A program made the position numbers and the translations under genes. This document shows positions 1-13,679 of a stretch of 64,000 nucleotides of DNA, in pieces. Source of the DNA: Eledone cirrhosa (taxonomy: Eukaryota); the NCBI GenBank assembly GCA_964016885.1, contig OZ024740.1, positions 427,490,001 to 427,554,000 on the forward strand, read 5' to 3'. The notes below the pieces were generated by a model. The model was not told where the DNA came from and did not search any database. It saw only the letters and a list, made by a program, of their open reading frames with translations. Position 1 is the stretch's first letter. Each line of letters opens with the position of its first letter.

Positions 1-117
1 TGGAGCAACGTGAAATAAAGTGCCTTGCTCAGGGAAACAACACATCACCCGGTTCGAGAATTGAACTCACAACCTTTCGATTGCAAGCCCAATGCTCTAA
101 CCACTAAACCATGCACC
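1..117 (-). mobile_element. tRNA-derived CORE-type SINE (cut by window edge)
   Basis: Reverse complement nearly identical to 357-475; A-box (TGGTTTAGTGG), B-box (GTTCAATTC) and CORE-like CCYTGAGCAAGRCACTT. Confidence 0.8.
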
Positions 118-356
118 TTTATATATGGTCAAGGATGGTAAGAATGTACCTATAATTTATAATGAGTTCTGGGATTTTATAATGAGTACCATAGGCTTCA
201 TTGGAAATGCACCACGATGAAGCTGCGCAAAAAACCTAGTTGATGCACCCGAAGATGCAGTGGTCATTTATTGGTGCCTTGACTCTAATTTTTATGACTC
301 TGATAAAAAACAGCAGACTCCCGTAGTTTCATGCGAGAGTTACTACAACATCTTTT

Positions 357-496
357 GGTGCATGGCTTAGTGGTTAGAGCATTGGGCTTGCAATCGAAAG
401 GTTGTGAGTTCAATTCTCGGACCGGGTGATGTGTTGTTTCCTTGAGCAAGACACTTTATTTCACGTTGCTCCAGTTTACTCAGCTGTAGAAATGAG
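357..496 (+). mobile_element. tRNA-derived CORE-type SINE
   Basis: TGGCTTAGTGG A-box, GAGTTCAATTC B-box, CCTTGAGCAAGACACTT CORE-like block; related copies at 53808 and 58140. Confidence 0.8.
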
Positions 497-869
497 ATGA
501 TAGGACTGGGGTACCTATCATTAAATCACCCAAGACACCTCCAACGAGATATACCTTGGAGGGGCCAGTTAAACCTGCATAGGTGTGAGCTGTCACACAC
601 ACATACTTGATGCACATCCGTTCTTTTTATTTTTGTGAAGGTTGAGGATGTATAAACTTCTTCAGATAAGATACTGCACCATCCTTGTTTTTGTTGTGGG
701 GTTTAGTTTGTTGCGCTAATTTAGTGTTACTTTTGCTGTGTATGACCTATGTAATGTGAGTTGTGTTATTTGATAATAATATTCAAGAGTATATTTTCTC
801 TGTGTTGTGTGGCTTTATGAGGTACTTATTGTATATCGTGTGTGCTGTGTGTGAAGATTTTGTTTTTCC

Positions 870-2200
870 TTTGACCTGCGATCATTTAATCGATATCATG
901 CGCAGGATCCGGGCTGTTCCTAGCAGATTGGATTGATATTTTTATATCTTGTGAAACCTAGTATGTCTTCTATGATTTTTTTTTTACATATTTCTTTTTC
1001 AACACACCCAGTGCTGCGATTATTATTGGTAGTGATTTAATATTTGTGTCCCCCATCTTGTGTATTTCAAATCCAACATCCTTTTATTTTGACAGTTTTC
1101 CATTTCTTTTCTAACAATATTTTTGTCAGAAGGGATTGCTATGGATATCAAATTGCAATTTTGTTTTTATTTCATATTACGTCTGACTGGTCTGCCTTGA
1201 TTTCTTCAGTAGTTTTGACTGTCATATCCCAGTAAATTGTAGCTATGTACCGTGTTGGGTATATCTTTATACCAGTTCTTGTCCAGCTTCACGTCGAACA
1301 TATGACATATTGCATAGGACAGGGGTGGGCAAACCTTTTGGATCGGGGGCCACATTTACTGGGCCATGAAAAGCAGAGGGCCGCACCATTTATTATTGGA
1401 TATAGTACAGTATAGTATAGTACTAGATAGTATTGCATATAGTACAGTATAGTATAGTATAGTATAGTACTAGATAATATTCGATATAGTGTGTCAGTGA
1501 TCTTACTTTTCTTCAGTTAGAATTAAGAAAATATAAAATATAAACTGCATCATTAGAATACATAAATTAATTAAATGATTAAGTACAAAAATCTTAAAAC
1601 AAAGTTTTCTTTTAGTTTGTACATCACAAAACATTAAGTTTTATATACGAAAATTTGTTGAATTTTTTTTTTTTTTATTAGTTCACCGAATTCTTCCACG
1701 GGTCACACAAAACTCTTTGGCGGGCCGCATATGGCCTGTGGGTCGTAGTTTGCCCACCCCTGGCATAGGAGATAGAGCTGAATATTTTTTACCTTTTCAA
1801 ATTACATATTAATTATCATATCTTTGCTGTTGATTTGGGTAGTGTTTTAGGAGGTTTTCTAATTTGCTTTTATTTCCTGTAACGTTTTTAATGTCCCTAT
1901 ACAGGAGCTGATTTTATTCATCAAGTTTGTTAGTAGAGTCAAAGCAAGTCAAACAAAGAAGGGGGTCAAAATTCCTATTTTTAGCGCGTATAGACTGGAT
2001 TTTGAATATATTTTCAATACTTATCAGGGTCATGGTGGTTATTATTTGTGTGTTGGAGCTATTTTGTTAATGTAGATTGACTCCAGTAACCATGAGTGGG
2101 GAATGTTGATGAAAATTCTTCTGGTACTTAATCAAGATCTTATTGAGGTTTGTTTTCCAGTTTTTATAATTTTCTTTATTGATCTGATTCACAAGCAGGT
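870..2200 (-). pseudogene. Decayed RLE-type non-LTR retrotransposon (R4/Dong-like), RT to endonuclease C-terminus
   Basis: Hand translation of minus strand gives FINIPHSWL (RT, about 2090-2115), ATIYWDMTVKTTEEIKA..DVI and ISIAIPSD (RLE region) and terminal LLGTARILR (about 900-925); many stops and frameshifts. Confidence 0.65.
1320..1762. mobile_element. Non-autonomous hAT-type DNA transposon (MITE)
   Basis: 15-bp TIR CAGGGGTGGGCAAAC/GTTTGCCCACCCCTG and perfect 8-bp TSD GCATAGGA (1312-1319, 1763-1770); internal (TAGTA)n. Confidence 0.92.
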
Positions 2201-3799
2201 AGTCCTTAAAGTCTGGCATCCTTTCCCGGTATGATTTTTGTTATTCTGGTAGCACGTACCTTTATTCTAGTTGTGTAACTCACCTGATATCCTATCTAAT
2301 CCACCGCCTTTTCAATCCATTTAGAGGTACCTTTCCCTGGTTGACGTGACGTCCGTCATTTAGTTTTTAGATTTGGTCATGCTAGTAGTGTAGTTGTACT
2401 CACCACCCGTGGCCAACTGAGGGTTGGGGAAGCTATTTAACCCATATTTCAGGGTGGATGGCCGTTGACTCTAACGAGTTCATCTGCCATTTTAATAGCT
2501 TTTGTTTTTTGTCCTGCTGAAGCACCACTACACGCCTCAGGGTGTGTTAGCGGAGCCGCCTTAGTCCCTGATCACTAGACCACGAAAGAGCCTGTACTGG
2601 GTTACAAAGTCCAAGTAGCAGACAGAAGCCTGACTTGATCAGCTTGATGTACGTTAAGGATATGAGTGTTTTACATGTTTTTGGCGGATATTGTATAAGC
2701 TTAGGTTTGCTAGATTTTGATTCTGGCTTGCTTAGCTCTTCATTAAATGCTACCTCTATGCACCTACGGGTACTAGTTAGATGTTTCAACCTATATTTAT
2801 TCTCAGTATTTTCCGTTTGCTAACAGTTCTCAAATGTCAATAGTTTCCTAGACGATGATGGAGATGGGCCATATTTGTTGTTCTATTATGATTGGTTCCT
2901 TCCTTTCTTCTATTTTTGTTGCATTCAACCTCTCTGCTTCATATTCCAACACAGTTTGAGTTCCTAATATTGTTATGTATTGTTGGAAGTGTTTCTGTAG
3001 AATCCTTAGAGAATTATCTCAAGGACTTTGTCTTTATATATTTATTTATCCTTTTTATCTTTTGGAAGAAACGCTAGAGGTTTTCATTGCGTTTTATGCG
3101 GCATATTTTTTGTTGCTAAGCACTGCAAAAGATTTTTCGTTTGCTTGCTTGGTCTCCTCCTTTTTTCATTTCTGCAATATTCATTTATTATTTGGATCTT
3201 TTTTATTTTTGATAAACTCTCTTTTTCTAGTTCACATAGCAGCGATATGTCTTTCTTTTCTTTTGCGATTTTGAGTGCGATATTTTCTTTCCATGTTAGA
3301 TTTTTCAGTTTAACTGGGGTGATTTCCCTTTTAGAGTCAAGCCCAGTTACTCATGATATCACTATAGTTTCTCAGTAGATAAGATTTATTCAATCCATCA
3401 ATATTCTTGAAGTCTGTTGTTATGAGCATACATTCTTGTATCATATTAATTTATTTTTCTATTGTATTTATCTACACTTTTATCGATCTCTTTATTCCTC
3501 TGTAGTTTAATCAGGTGTTTACATTGATTTTAGTTATTGACTTTTAAAGTTTTCTTTTTCTATTTTCTTTACCTTTTCCGTCAGTGCATCTCAATGTTAA
3601 TTTTAGTGGATTCGACACAATCCTTGTTTTTATTATGTCTGTTGTAAAGTGTAGGGATGCGGGTCTATTTTTGTAGTGTTTCGCTGTGTGGGCAGCCACC
3701 ACACATCCACATTTAAATCCCACACGGAGTTAGACATGGATTTGTGCCTCGTGGGCTATCTTGGCCTCACGTCATAGAAAAAAATGTGCCCACTGAAGG

Positions 3800-4330
3800 A
3801 TGCTTCCGCCATATTTCTTCAACACAGACAAATTGCCTGAGAAGAGATCTCGGACATGGTGGGGAGGTCAACCCAGAGACGCCTGTTCATGAGAGCAGTG
3901 ATAGAGCAGAGTAGATATGCTTGCGCTACAGTGAAGTATGAAGAGATTATATCGCTAAAGTGGCCGGGTCTCAGGTCATTTACTGCTGCTCCTGGAAATG
4001 ATCTCAGGGCTGCTACCGCATCTTGAATGGATGCGGTCAAGGCAATGTTACTATCAGGGATTCGGATGCTTGAGATAGAAAGAAACTAGTACATCTGATG
4101 TAGGCAGGTGTACCGAGTTACTCAGGGCCAGCACCTGCCCTGCAGCAGAAATGTCACCCTCAAGTAATTTGTGTTTGACTCAAACATGGATCCGTTAAGG
4201 AAGAAGATTGCATGCGCGTTGTCGGTGCAAGTGGGTAGTATGAGAGAAGCGAGGTGCTTGTTGGTAAGGGGTGGGAGAAGAAAGCGTTGTTGCTTCTAAG
4301 CCTCAAAGTCAAGGAGGGAACCGAAATCTT
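3800..4330 (-). pseudogene. Decayed CRE-like non-LTR retrotransposon fragment (pre-RT region)
   Basis: EGDISAAGQVLA and ALRSFPGAAVNDLRPGH resemble the EGD..GA.R.L and SFP.GSA.GPDGLRP.H motifs of CRE-clade RTs. Confidence 0.5.
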
Positions 4331-6534
4331 CCTTGCCATCGGAATCCTAAGAAAGATTTCAAATTCACAAATGCCAAGGCAACTTTCGTCTCTTTCATGA
4401 GATCCTTTTTACCAGAATGTTATCGATCTCTCGCTGTCATCTGGATTTCTGAGGAGATAATTTCACTCTCTTACACCATAAGTGTCCCTATAGATTATAT
4501 AAACAATATCTCTGAACGTGGCTAACATGTGTTCCAGAATGCTCTTTTCTAGAGATTAGCCATACAGCATCTGGTATCGAGGGTTTGTACAAATTCCTCG
4601 TCTGATTAAACAGTATAGATGATTTTGGCATTGAGACAAAGCTAAGGACACCGACCCTTGTATCATGGCTGACTTTGTTATGCAATATGGGCATGCAATC
4701 AGTAACAAAATTATAAGAAATATGTGCTTGGAAAGGATCAGTATGGAATTGCAAGTACTCATGGCCCCTCAGTATCACAATTTCTTTCCAGAATTTTGTC
4801 CCCATCTGGCGTCAGAATCTAAAGTAATCATTTTTATGATGCTGGTAGAAACCCCAGATGTTAAATGTGTGACAACCAAAACCACTTGAGGAATTTCTGT
4901 CCTTAGAGTCTAAATATAGAACTAAGTAAAGGTTATTAAATATTCGAAAACAATTTCATTAGAAGTCACTAAAATATTGCTAAAATTTTCATCAAAACCT
5001 TTCCAAAATTATGCCTAAAAATCTTTTCATCAAAATGTCCTCAAACCTTTCTCAAACATTTTCACAAACAATCTCATCAGAATATCCCCCAAAATGACAA
5101 TATATTTTGTGAAAATGTTTCCCCAAATCTCATCAAAAGTCCCCCCCCCCCCCAAAAAAAAGAAAAAAAATGGGAAATATTTCATCAAAACATTAGGTAA
5201 AAAATTCGTCAAAACTTTTCCAAACATTTTCCCGTTTAAATTTCATCATATATTCCATTATATATTTTCGCATATATTTCATATATTTTCCTAAAATTTT
5301 CACTAGAATTTTAGCAGTTTTTCCAACTTTCAAACTTGAAACTTGACATATAGACTCATACGTCATAAGTCACGTGTTTCTGGTGTATGTACACGATCTG
5401 TGAGGTTAGCATTCAACTATCGCCTGTTTATTAATCTTGGCACTAAATTGCGATATAAATATAGCTTCCATGATCAAACGTTTATTTTTGTTAGAAATTC
5501 TGAATAATACAAAATTATTTTCCATTAGTGTTATCCTGTCCAACATTGTTTTGTTTCAAATGACATTAGCAATAGAAGTGAAGAGAAATATTTGTCTTTA
5601 AATCTGAGAGCTGAAACATAATTCATTTGCAGCATCGTGTGATTTCTAACTTGGGTACCGAGTAAAAATAGAGGGTGGAGGCACAGCCAATTACACGAAA
5701 GGCTTTAATAGTTATTTCACTGACCTCCAGACGCTAAAATGTAAATTCTACGATGTATTATTTAACTAAATATTTGAGGTGAGTTATTGGTCAAATAATA
5801 TAAACTTTCTTCACTATTTACCAAACTTTCAGTGATTTCAAAATGTTATATTATCTGTCAATGTTCTGTTTCTTTCTGTTATACGTTTTAGAAATTGATT
5901 CGATTCAAATATATTGTAGGACATAGAAACATAAAGCCAACATTGAATGTTGAATTTTTTTAATTTGAAAATATTTTCTATTATTCCTACATAACCATGT
6001 ATAGTTTATATTATTCTCGTATGAAAAGACGGTATTTCGGTTCCGTAGACGATCAAATTAATCTACATTTGCGAATACATTCGTTCCTCCATATCTGACT
6101 TCGTCATTCTCTCGCTCTCCTGACATGCTCTGTGACATATAAAGCAGAGTAAGATGGATTTAAATTGAATTGAAAGGCCGGATTAAAAACTCATTAATAT
6201 TCAGTCCGGCGTCTGAAAGATTATCTATTTGGTCATTGTGATTTTTTAAAAGTATTCATAGGACGCAATAAGCTAAATGTACCGTTTTCTTATCAAGCGG
6301 CAAAAGAATCAGTCTAAATCCGTAGTCCTATGTAAAATTTTATTTATTCAAAACTGTAATTGGTTTCTTTAAAAAAAAGACAACCAGGCTCTCATTCTAA
6401 TTCCAAATGATAATTACATCAAATCTTCGAATCTGCTCATAAATATCTAAATCAGATGGAAAGTTGAATGAATTTGAGATGTTTTAGTTTTTCGTATTGT
6501 TGCTTCTTTGGGCACCTCACATAATAGTGATAAT

Positions 6535-6660
6535 AATAATGATTTCTTCTTTAGGCATAAGGCCAGCAATTTGTTTTTTGGGGGCAAGTCGATTAAATCG
6601 GTGCATTATGGGTACTTTATTTTATCGACCCTGTAAGGATGAAAGGTAAAGGTAACCTTG
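6535..6660 (-). mobile_element. SINE fragment (Nin/Deu-domain-like family)
   Basis: Minus strand CCTTTCATCCTTACAGGGTCGATAAAATAAAGTACC, shared with copies at 13.9, 22.1, 45.2 and 59.5 kb. Confidence 0.7.
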
Positions 6661-6869
6661 TAAATCTGTGATAACTGCCTAGTCTATTTGTTGTTAAGAT
6701 GTTATATTGTCTCACACGTATCTTTTCAGGACCAGTTCATTCAAGGCATTGTGTATCCCAGGAGTAAAAATATATCACCCTTATGTTGTTAATGGGTTTC
6801 CTGTGTGGTGTCTGACGAGGAAAATAAAATCTTTTCTTATTATTCATCTATCTGTCTGTAAATCTGCTA

Positions 6870-6970
<101 letters not shown>

Positions 6971-7072
6971 TTTACACATACACCAATTAAACAGAGTTAC
7001 AGGTATATATGTGTTTTTGCAACTTTTCAACTATATATTATCAAATAATTCTCTGGACATGCTTTACTCTAG

Positions 7073-7107
<35 letters not shown>

Positions 7108-7114
7108 ATATATT

Positions 7115-8356
7115 TATTTAGGTTTGTTAGTTCACCACTGGATAGAATTGATCAATCCATATGGTCAATCTCGATGTAATATTATGGAGAGTGCTCAACG
7201 TAATGCAGCTCACTCGTCTTCGTTTGTGTAGTTGGTGATGCGAATACGGAGTTAATTATTATAATAAAATAACAGGAGGCTGGACATGTGTAAATCCTTG
7301 AAAGGTTCATTATACTATGATCATTTCAATGACCGAGTTCCGTATGAATCCGGTGATATCATCAGGTATTCGAAATATAACAAAGAAATATAACAGATAA
7401 AAGTCCATGGGGCTGAAAATCAAAATTCTAGGCCTAATCATAACTATTAGCTGAATCATGCCTCCTTCTACTGGCACGTAAACAAATCCCCCTCCTGTGT
7501 GAATTAATAGTATTCGTTTGGTATAGCGATTGCCTGATGGCGAATGGCAGACTTCCCACTAGCACACCCGAAGCCTAGAACAGTTACATTCCTCGAGTAC
7601 TCGGAATAATTGATTTCCATATCTCTCGCTAGACGATATCACTCGGAATGGCTGACACGTGGTTAGGAAGGGCTGGCCGGAGTCTGCAGTCGTCGCGTGC
7701 TGTTTGACTGCTAAACAAGGGCTTATACTTTACTCTATCTCCCACCCTGAAAACTTATCGAGAATCTCTATAATACACTTAAACTTGTTCATAAAAGACC
7801 CTCTCTGTAAATTCTTTAACTAAATCTCGCAACCCAAACCTTAAACTTTTTTTTATTTTTTTATTTTTTTTAATTTCATCCTATAACTCTAAACATAAGT
7901 TTACAATTTTCTGTTCACACATTATACCATGCAGACGTCCATTATATATACCTCTGTTATAATATATACCTCTGTTAAGATATAGGTTCTTTGTAAAAAC
8001 ATTTTTCGCGGTAATTTCTAGCCTGATGGTAGCATGACCTTAACGCTGACTTTTCTTCTTTCTTTCTTTCTTTCTTCTTTCTCCTCTTTGACGGGGAGGT
8101 AGTAGTACATTATAAGCTTTCGCCCCCTCACCAGATGGTCATAGGTAGACCGAATAGTCAACACTTGAGGGTGACCCACTAAAGTAGATTCTAGATGGTC
8201 GGTCGTCCTCTTGTCTATGATTTTCAGCCCCATGGATTTTATCAGTTATATTCCATTGTTATATTTCGAATACCCGATGATATCATCGGAACCCGGTCAT
8301 TGAAATGATCATAGTATAATAAAGATTTCAAGGATTTACACAAGTCCAGCCTCCTG

Positions 8357-8366
<10 letters not shown>
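7115..8366 (-). mobile_element. Non-coding PLE-like element: pseudo-LTR with HHR (7115-7420) plus inverted partial copy (8215-8366)
   Basis: 8215-8366 is the reverse complement of about 7260-7420; a third copy at 14035-14335; abuts (TA)n. Confidence 0.65.
7312..7369 (-). ncRNA. Type I hammerhead ribozyme
   Basis: AUAC-CUGAUGA-stem II-GAAA-UGAUCA-UA-GUAU; stem I AUAC/GUAU, palindromic stem III. Confidence 0.75.
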
Positions 8367-8392
<26 letters not shown>

Positions 8393-8722
8393 TATTGAAT
8401 GCTATGGTTGACGGAGGCTCGGCTCTGTAAGGTATTGTAAATTTTGAACGCTATAACAATTGTAAATTGTTTAAAACTTTAACGAACTTGTAGACAAAAA
8501 CACCCTCCTCCTCGTGAGAGGGGTCTTTCTGCCCGTTATTTGGCCCTTCGGGGTTAAATAACTGCTTATTGGGGTTTTGTGCCCAATATTTATTTTAAAC
8601 AAAATAAACAACATGGCTACGAAAAAGAATTTTCATAGGTCACTCCCACTCATTCCGTCTTCTTCTTCCTCAATCATCACTACAGCAGAGAGAAGATTTC
8701 TCTCTCCCTCCCTTCTTTAAAT

Positions 8723-10023
8723 GTGTCTCTCTCCCTCCCTTCTCTTTCGCAAGCGACGACAGAAAAGAAAAGTCTCGTGCAAAGCGTGCAAGATTTCTCC
8801 ACGACGACGACGACAACGACGAAACAGGTGTGCGGGAAATACGAAAACCCATTTCATTCGTCTGACGTCAGGAATAATAGCAGTAGCAGCCGTAATAACA
8901 ACAGCAACAGTGACAATGAAAACAACAGTAGCAGCCGCAACAGCATCACCAGCAGCATAAACAACAACTGCATTAGCAGCAGCAACACCAACAACAACCA
9001 CAGCAACAGCGGCGGAGGCAGTAGTCGTAGTACCTGCAGCAACAACAAAAGTAACAGCAGCTCTGACGACAACAACAACAGCAGCTCTGACGACAACAAC
9101 AACAGCAACAAAGAAAAACCAATCTCGTTTGCAGGTATCGCAAAGAACCTGGAAACAATCCTCATAACAAATGAGGAATTAGAGGAAGCGAAGAAGATGG
9201 TGACAAAGACTGGACACCGAGCAATCTGCAAGGCAGCGGAAAAATTCTTCGAAACCCAACAGCACTGTACGGTCACGTACCGTACAGTAAGTACAAAATC
9301 CCGTAGGGTTGAAAGAGCCACAGAGGCTCAAATACAAAAAGCCTTGGGGTCTGTGTGGCAGCGGAAAACGCACATCACCCGAGGCAAAAAATATGCCACC
9401 GTAGACGTACTTTTTGCCACACCCCAGGAGGCAAAGGCTCAATCCGTAGTGACCCTAAGGAGCGAGGAAATTGTGTTGGTGCCCTCCTACTGCGGGCAAA
9501 AAACTGTGAGGGTCAAACTGACCCACGCCCCCGGATGGCCCCTTCTTGGCTGGCCGCGTCTGTCCTCGTCGGAATCGAGGACAAAACAACTGTACTGCAA
9601 GTACAGAAAAAAGTAAGAGAAGATTGGGTCGGCACCTCCATTGAGATGTTAATCCAAACCAACCAGGAGTGCATCGAAGCTATCCCGGATGTGATAGACT
9701 TCGATAACGACACTCAACTGCCCATAAGTGTTGAGGGCAAACGCCCGAAATGCTTTCGCTGTGGATCGAAGACTCACCTCAGGGCCATCTGCAACGAGAA
9801 GACCCTGAGAAAGGAGAAAACCCCCCTCCTTCCGAAACCGGCTCCACGGCTACCAGCAACAGGACAAGCGGCAACCAGGAACGATAGGTCCGTGGCACCC
9901 ATACCCACGCCACGGAAATCAAAAACGGCAGCAGCAGTGGAAATATTAACAACAACAACAACAGCAATACCAAAAGCAGCTGCAACAGACTCCAGTGCAA
10001 ACATCACCAACAACAACAAGTGA
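8723..10023 (+). pseudogene. LINE ORF1 (frameshifted; gag-like zinc knuckle)
   Basis: ORFs 8723-9616 and 9355-10023 join by a frameshift; CFRCGSKTHLRAIC = CX2CX4HX4C; Asn/Ser low-complexity N-terminus; further ORF1-like low-complexity sequence continues to about 10700. Confidence 0.75.
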
Positions 10024-10735
10024 AAGAGTGGAGCTGGTACCCCTCCCCGACCTCACAGAATCAGACATGGAGTGTGAGGTGGGAGAGGGATGGCAAAAGG
10101 TCGTAAGAAGGCACAAACGCAGAAGCAGCGCATCGTCGCCTTTGAAAAGGGAGCAAAGAAATGAGAAAAGAGTAAAGTCTACTGCAAAGAGACTCACAGC
10201 AGCAACACCACCAACACCATCACCACCCACAGTAGCACCACCATCACCAGCGGCGACAACACCACCGCCAACAACACCTTCAACACCACCACCACAAGCA
10301 CCAACATCGCAAATACAACAAAACACACACACCCAGCAACAACGACAAGAAAATAGCAGAACCACACCCCACCCCCAGAAAAACAAATGCACGGCAATAA
10401 ATACACACAACAAGAAACTAATGACTTACATAATTGAACACACAGACATTTCACAACACGACTACATAATACCAGCACCAATCAAAACGCCAACTAACAT
10501 AAGACTGCTAAAAATAGCACAGAAACAATACACAAACATTAAAACGAAATTGCCCAACGCAGTTGGTGATTTCAGGGACCTAGGAGGAACTATCAATCGA
10601 AGAGTATATTCGGACATACTCATAGAAGAGCCGACGACCTCCAGACGATCAAGTGAAAAGGGATGTAAAAACCATCCCTCCTCTACGAAAAGTACGGTAA
10701 GTGGTCTTTCCCATCTTTTCCACTCTATTTTAAAC

Positions 10736-11665
10736 ATGACCTCACTCAGAATAGGCTGCATAAATGCGCGTGGTTTGGGGTCGTCATGGAAGCAGGGTCA
10801 CCTGCTCAACGACCTCAGGTCACTAAACATAGATGTAGTGGCCATCAGCGAGACCAGAATCTCCGAAGCACGGGCCTTCGCACCGATCTCCGGCGGCTAC
10901 GATGTGTACGCATCTCCCAGCCGTCCTGGATCGGGGAGAGGAGTTGCTGTGCTTTTTCGGAGAGGTTTGGATCTCGCCATACGGGCCATCTTCCTGGACC
11001 CAGAGGGTAAGCTGGTGGTGCTGGACGTGACCAGCGGAGACGGGCAAGCTTTCAGGCTAGTGGCCGTCTATGCCCCGACAGGAGCAGGGCGGCCTGATTT
11101 CTTCCGGCGTCTGGAGACCTTTCTTGGAACGTCCCGCTCTTTAGTGTTAGTGGGCGACTGGAACGGGATCTTAGATGCACACTGGGACTGTGTGGGATTA
11201 GCGGATAGGGGTGGAGGGTGCAAGAGCCTCACCAACCTGCTCAGGCGTTTTGAACTGTCTGACAGGTACCGATTGGATTTCCCGAATGTGCCAACGTGGA
11301 CTTGGACAAATCGGATAGGGTCATCCAGATCATATCTAGATAGAGTATTTTGCAGGGAAATAGATAGGTCTAGCATAGGCTGTCCACAATTCAAGATAGT
11401 CAGCTACACGGACCACAAATTCGTGATCTGTGTGCTTGACTTAGATAGGCTTCATAGACGAGGACCCGGCTACTGGAAGCTAAACGCGTCCTTAGCAGCG
11501 CGCAAGGCCTACAGAGACCGGATTAGCGAACTAGTTAAGCGGGCGTTGACGGGGGACATCGTCAACAACAAGTGGTGGTTTGCTCTGAAAAGAGCGATTA
11601 GAATAGAATCCATTAGGTTTAGTAAGGCTTTAGCAATAGAGAAAAATAGAGCAGAGGAAAACTAG
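10736..11665 (+). pseudogene. LINE ORF2 apurinic/apyrimidinic endonuclease domain
   Basis: MTSLRIGCINARGL, ISET, VYAP, GDWN, SYLDR, TDH and PGYWKLN motifs of the L1/Tx1 endonuclease; premature stop. Confidence 0.9.
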
Positions 11666-11696
11666 TTAGAAAACAGCCGCTGAAGTAAGGGAGGCA

Positions 11697-13628
11697 ATGA
11701 CTGGCGGCACAAGGGGTAAATCGCCTGGTTTGGATGGTCTGCCCTATGAACTTTACGTACAGATGCCAGACTTGTTCGGAGGCCTCTTGGCGGACGTCTA
11801 CTGCAACTGGCAACAGAACGGGAGAATTCCCAGTTCTGTGAGCCGAGGAGCGGTGGCGCTGCTGAGAAAGGAACCGAACAAGGAGGATAACATAGATAGT
11901 TTCCGGCCCATAACTCTGCTAAACACAGAGTTCAAGATTTTGGCCAAGGTGCTAGCAAAGAGGTTGGCGCTTGTCGTTGGTGGTCTGGTGGGAGAGGCGC
12001 AGACATGCGCCATTCCCGACAGATCCATCCACGACAACCTCCACCTCATGCGATACATCGTAGAGAGGGTAGCTAGGGAACCTGGCACGGGTGGGTCCTT
12101 GATCAATTTAGATCAGTCGAAAGCTTTCGATAGGGTAGACCATCGTTACCTAGCGGCAGTCCTGAGGGCGGCTGGCTTTGGGCCCGTCTTCAGAGGCTGG
12201 ATCGCTGCCATGCACAGCGACATCTGCTCTGTGGTGAGAGTGAACGGTCACCTGTCGGAACCGTTCAACATCATGCACTCGGTCCGCCAAGGATGTCCCC
12301 TCTCGTCCTTCTTGTACGTATTGACTCTCGAGCCATTACTGCACAAACTGGAGACGTTGAGGGGCGTCCCGCGCGAACTAGGATGCGGAAGATCCGTGTC
12401 AGCATATGCGGACGATGTCACCGTAGTGGTGTCGAACGCCAAACACATCGAGGCGATCGGCACTACACTAAGAGAATACGAAGCGGTGACAGGAGCAATG
12501 ATCAACCAGGAAAAGTCAGTGGGCCTGCAGCTCGGCACCTGGAGAGGCATGTCTATGCCGTCCAACAGCGTCGTCGGAGGCTGGACGGACAGACCGGTTA
12601 AATTGCTAGGAGTCTGGTTCGGTCCGGACCTCCAGACGGACAAAAACTGAGACAAGGTGACGAGCAGGGTGGCTTCTTTCACCCAGAAATGGGCGGAGAG
12701 GAAGCTATCCCTGAAAGGTCGAGCGGAGGTGGCTAACGCGTACATCGCGTCTGTCATCTGCTACCGCCTGACCGTCGTACCTTGTCCTAAGCCTCGCCTG
12801 ACTGCGCTGGAGCGTTTGCTCCTTCGCTTTTTGTGGAAGGCACGCGCTCCGATGGTCAGGCGGTCCATCTGTTGTCAACACCCGCTACGCGTATTTCCCC
12901 AGCACGTTTCCTTGACGGAGCTGCAGTCCTGGGTCAAGCGAAGACCGAGAGGGAGCGCCTGGAGACTAGAATGTCTTCAGGCGCTCACAGCCCTCGACCA
13001 ATCGGGCAATGTGATCGGTGGAAACTCCACCTCGGCGTTCTATAGAGGATTAGTGGAGGGGAAGAGTGACGACGTACTTGGGGAAACTCTAGGCGTCGAC
13101 GAAAATCAACTAGCCAATCTCTTCGGAAGAACTTTCGAGCCGGGGCCTATGGACAACTTCCAGAAATCTCTGGCCTGGCAGTGCTACCGAGGAGCCTTGC
13201 CAGTTCGGGATAAACTCTACAGGCATGGAGGTGCCGTCAGCCGGGAATGTCCGAGATGCGCGCAGGGCGACGAAAACGTCCTGCACGCACTTGTCCAGTG
13301 TCCGAAAATTGCTGACTTGTGGGTTTATGTCGAACACCTGCTGTCGCGTTTAGGACGGATCCGGCTATCATCTGAGTCCATCGTGAGGATTGCCCCGCCC
13401 TCCTCCTTTAGCCGGGAAGGGCAGGCAGTTTTTATCTGTCTGGTAGCCATGGCGAAAGAGATAGTATGGTGGACACGTTTGAAAGGGCTGAAGACGAGCA
13501 CTTACCTCTTCGGTGATGCTCTGATTGACTTTTTGTTACATCCTCTGTTTTTGTTTTTTACACGCAGAAATGCCCATTTGTACCGTCCTGTATTGTCCTG
13601 CACTGTCCTTAATGTCTACTTTATGTAA
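11697..13628 (+). pseudogene. LINE ORF2 reverse transcriptase plus C-terminal Zn finger
   Basis: KSPGLDG, RPITLLN, DQSKAFDRV, VRQGCPLS, YADD; in-frame TGA at 12648; CPRC..E...H....C motif. Confidence 0.92.
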
Positions 13629-13679
13629 ACCCTTGTGGTTAATAAAGAAATAATATTAATAATTATTATTATTATTATC

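Larger units (their letters stand above)
8397..13655 (+). mobile_element. Near full-length Tx1/L1-clade LINE, disabled, flanked by (TTA)n
   Basis: 5' UTR, ORF1 with CCHC knuckle, ORF2 APE-RT-Zn finger, AATAAA at the 3' end; (TTA)n at 8362-8396 and 13661-13704. Confidence 0.9.

Noticed and set aside
357-430. tRNA gene
   Set aside because: A and B boxes are followed by a CORE-like SINE body rather than a cloverleaf end and terminator; multiple dispersed copies
4488-4889. Host exon or gene
   Set aside because: Short overlapping ORFs with no recognisable motif or splice support
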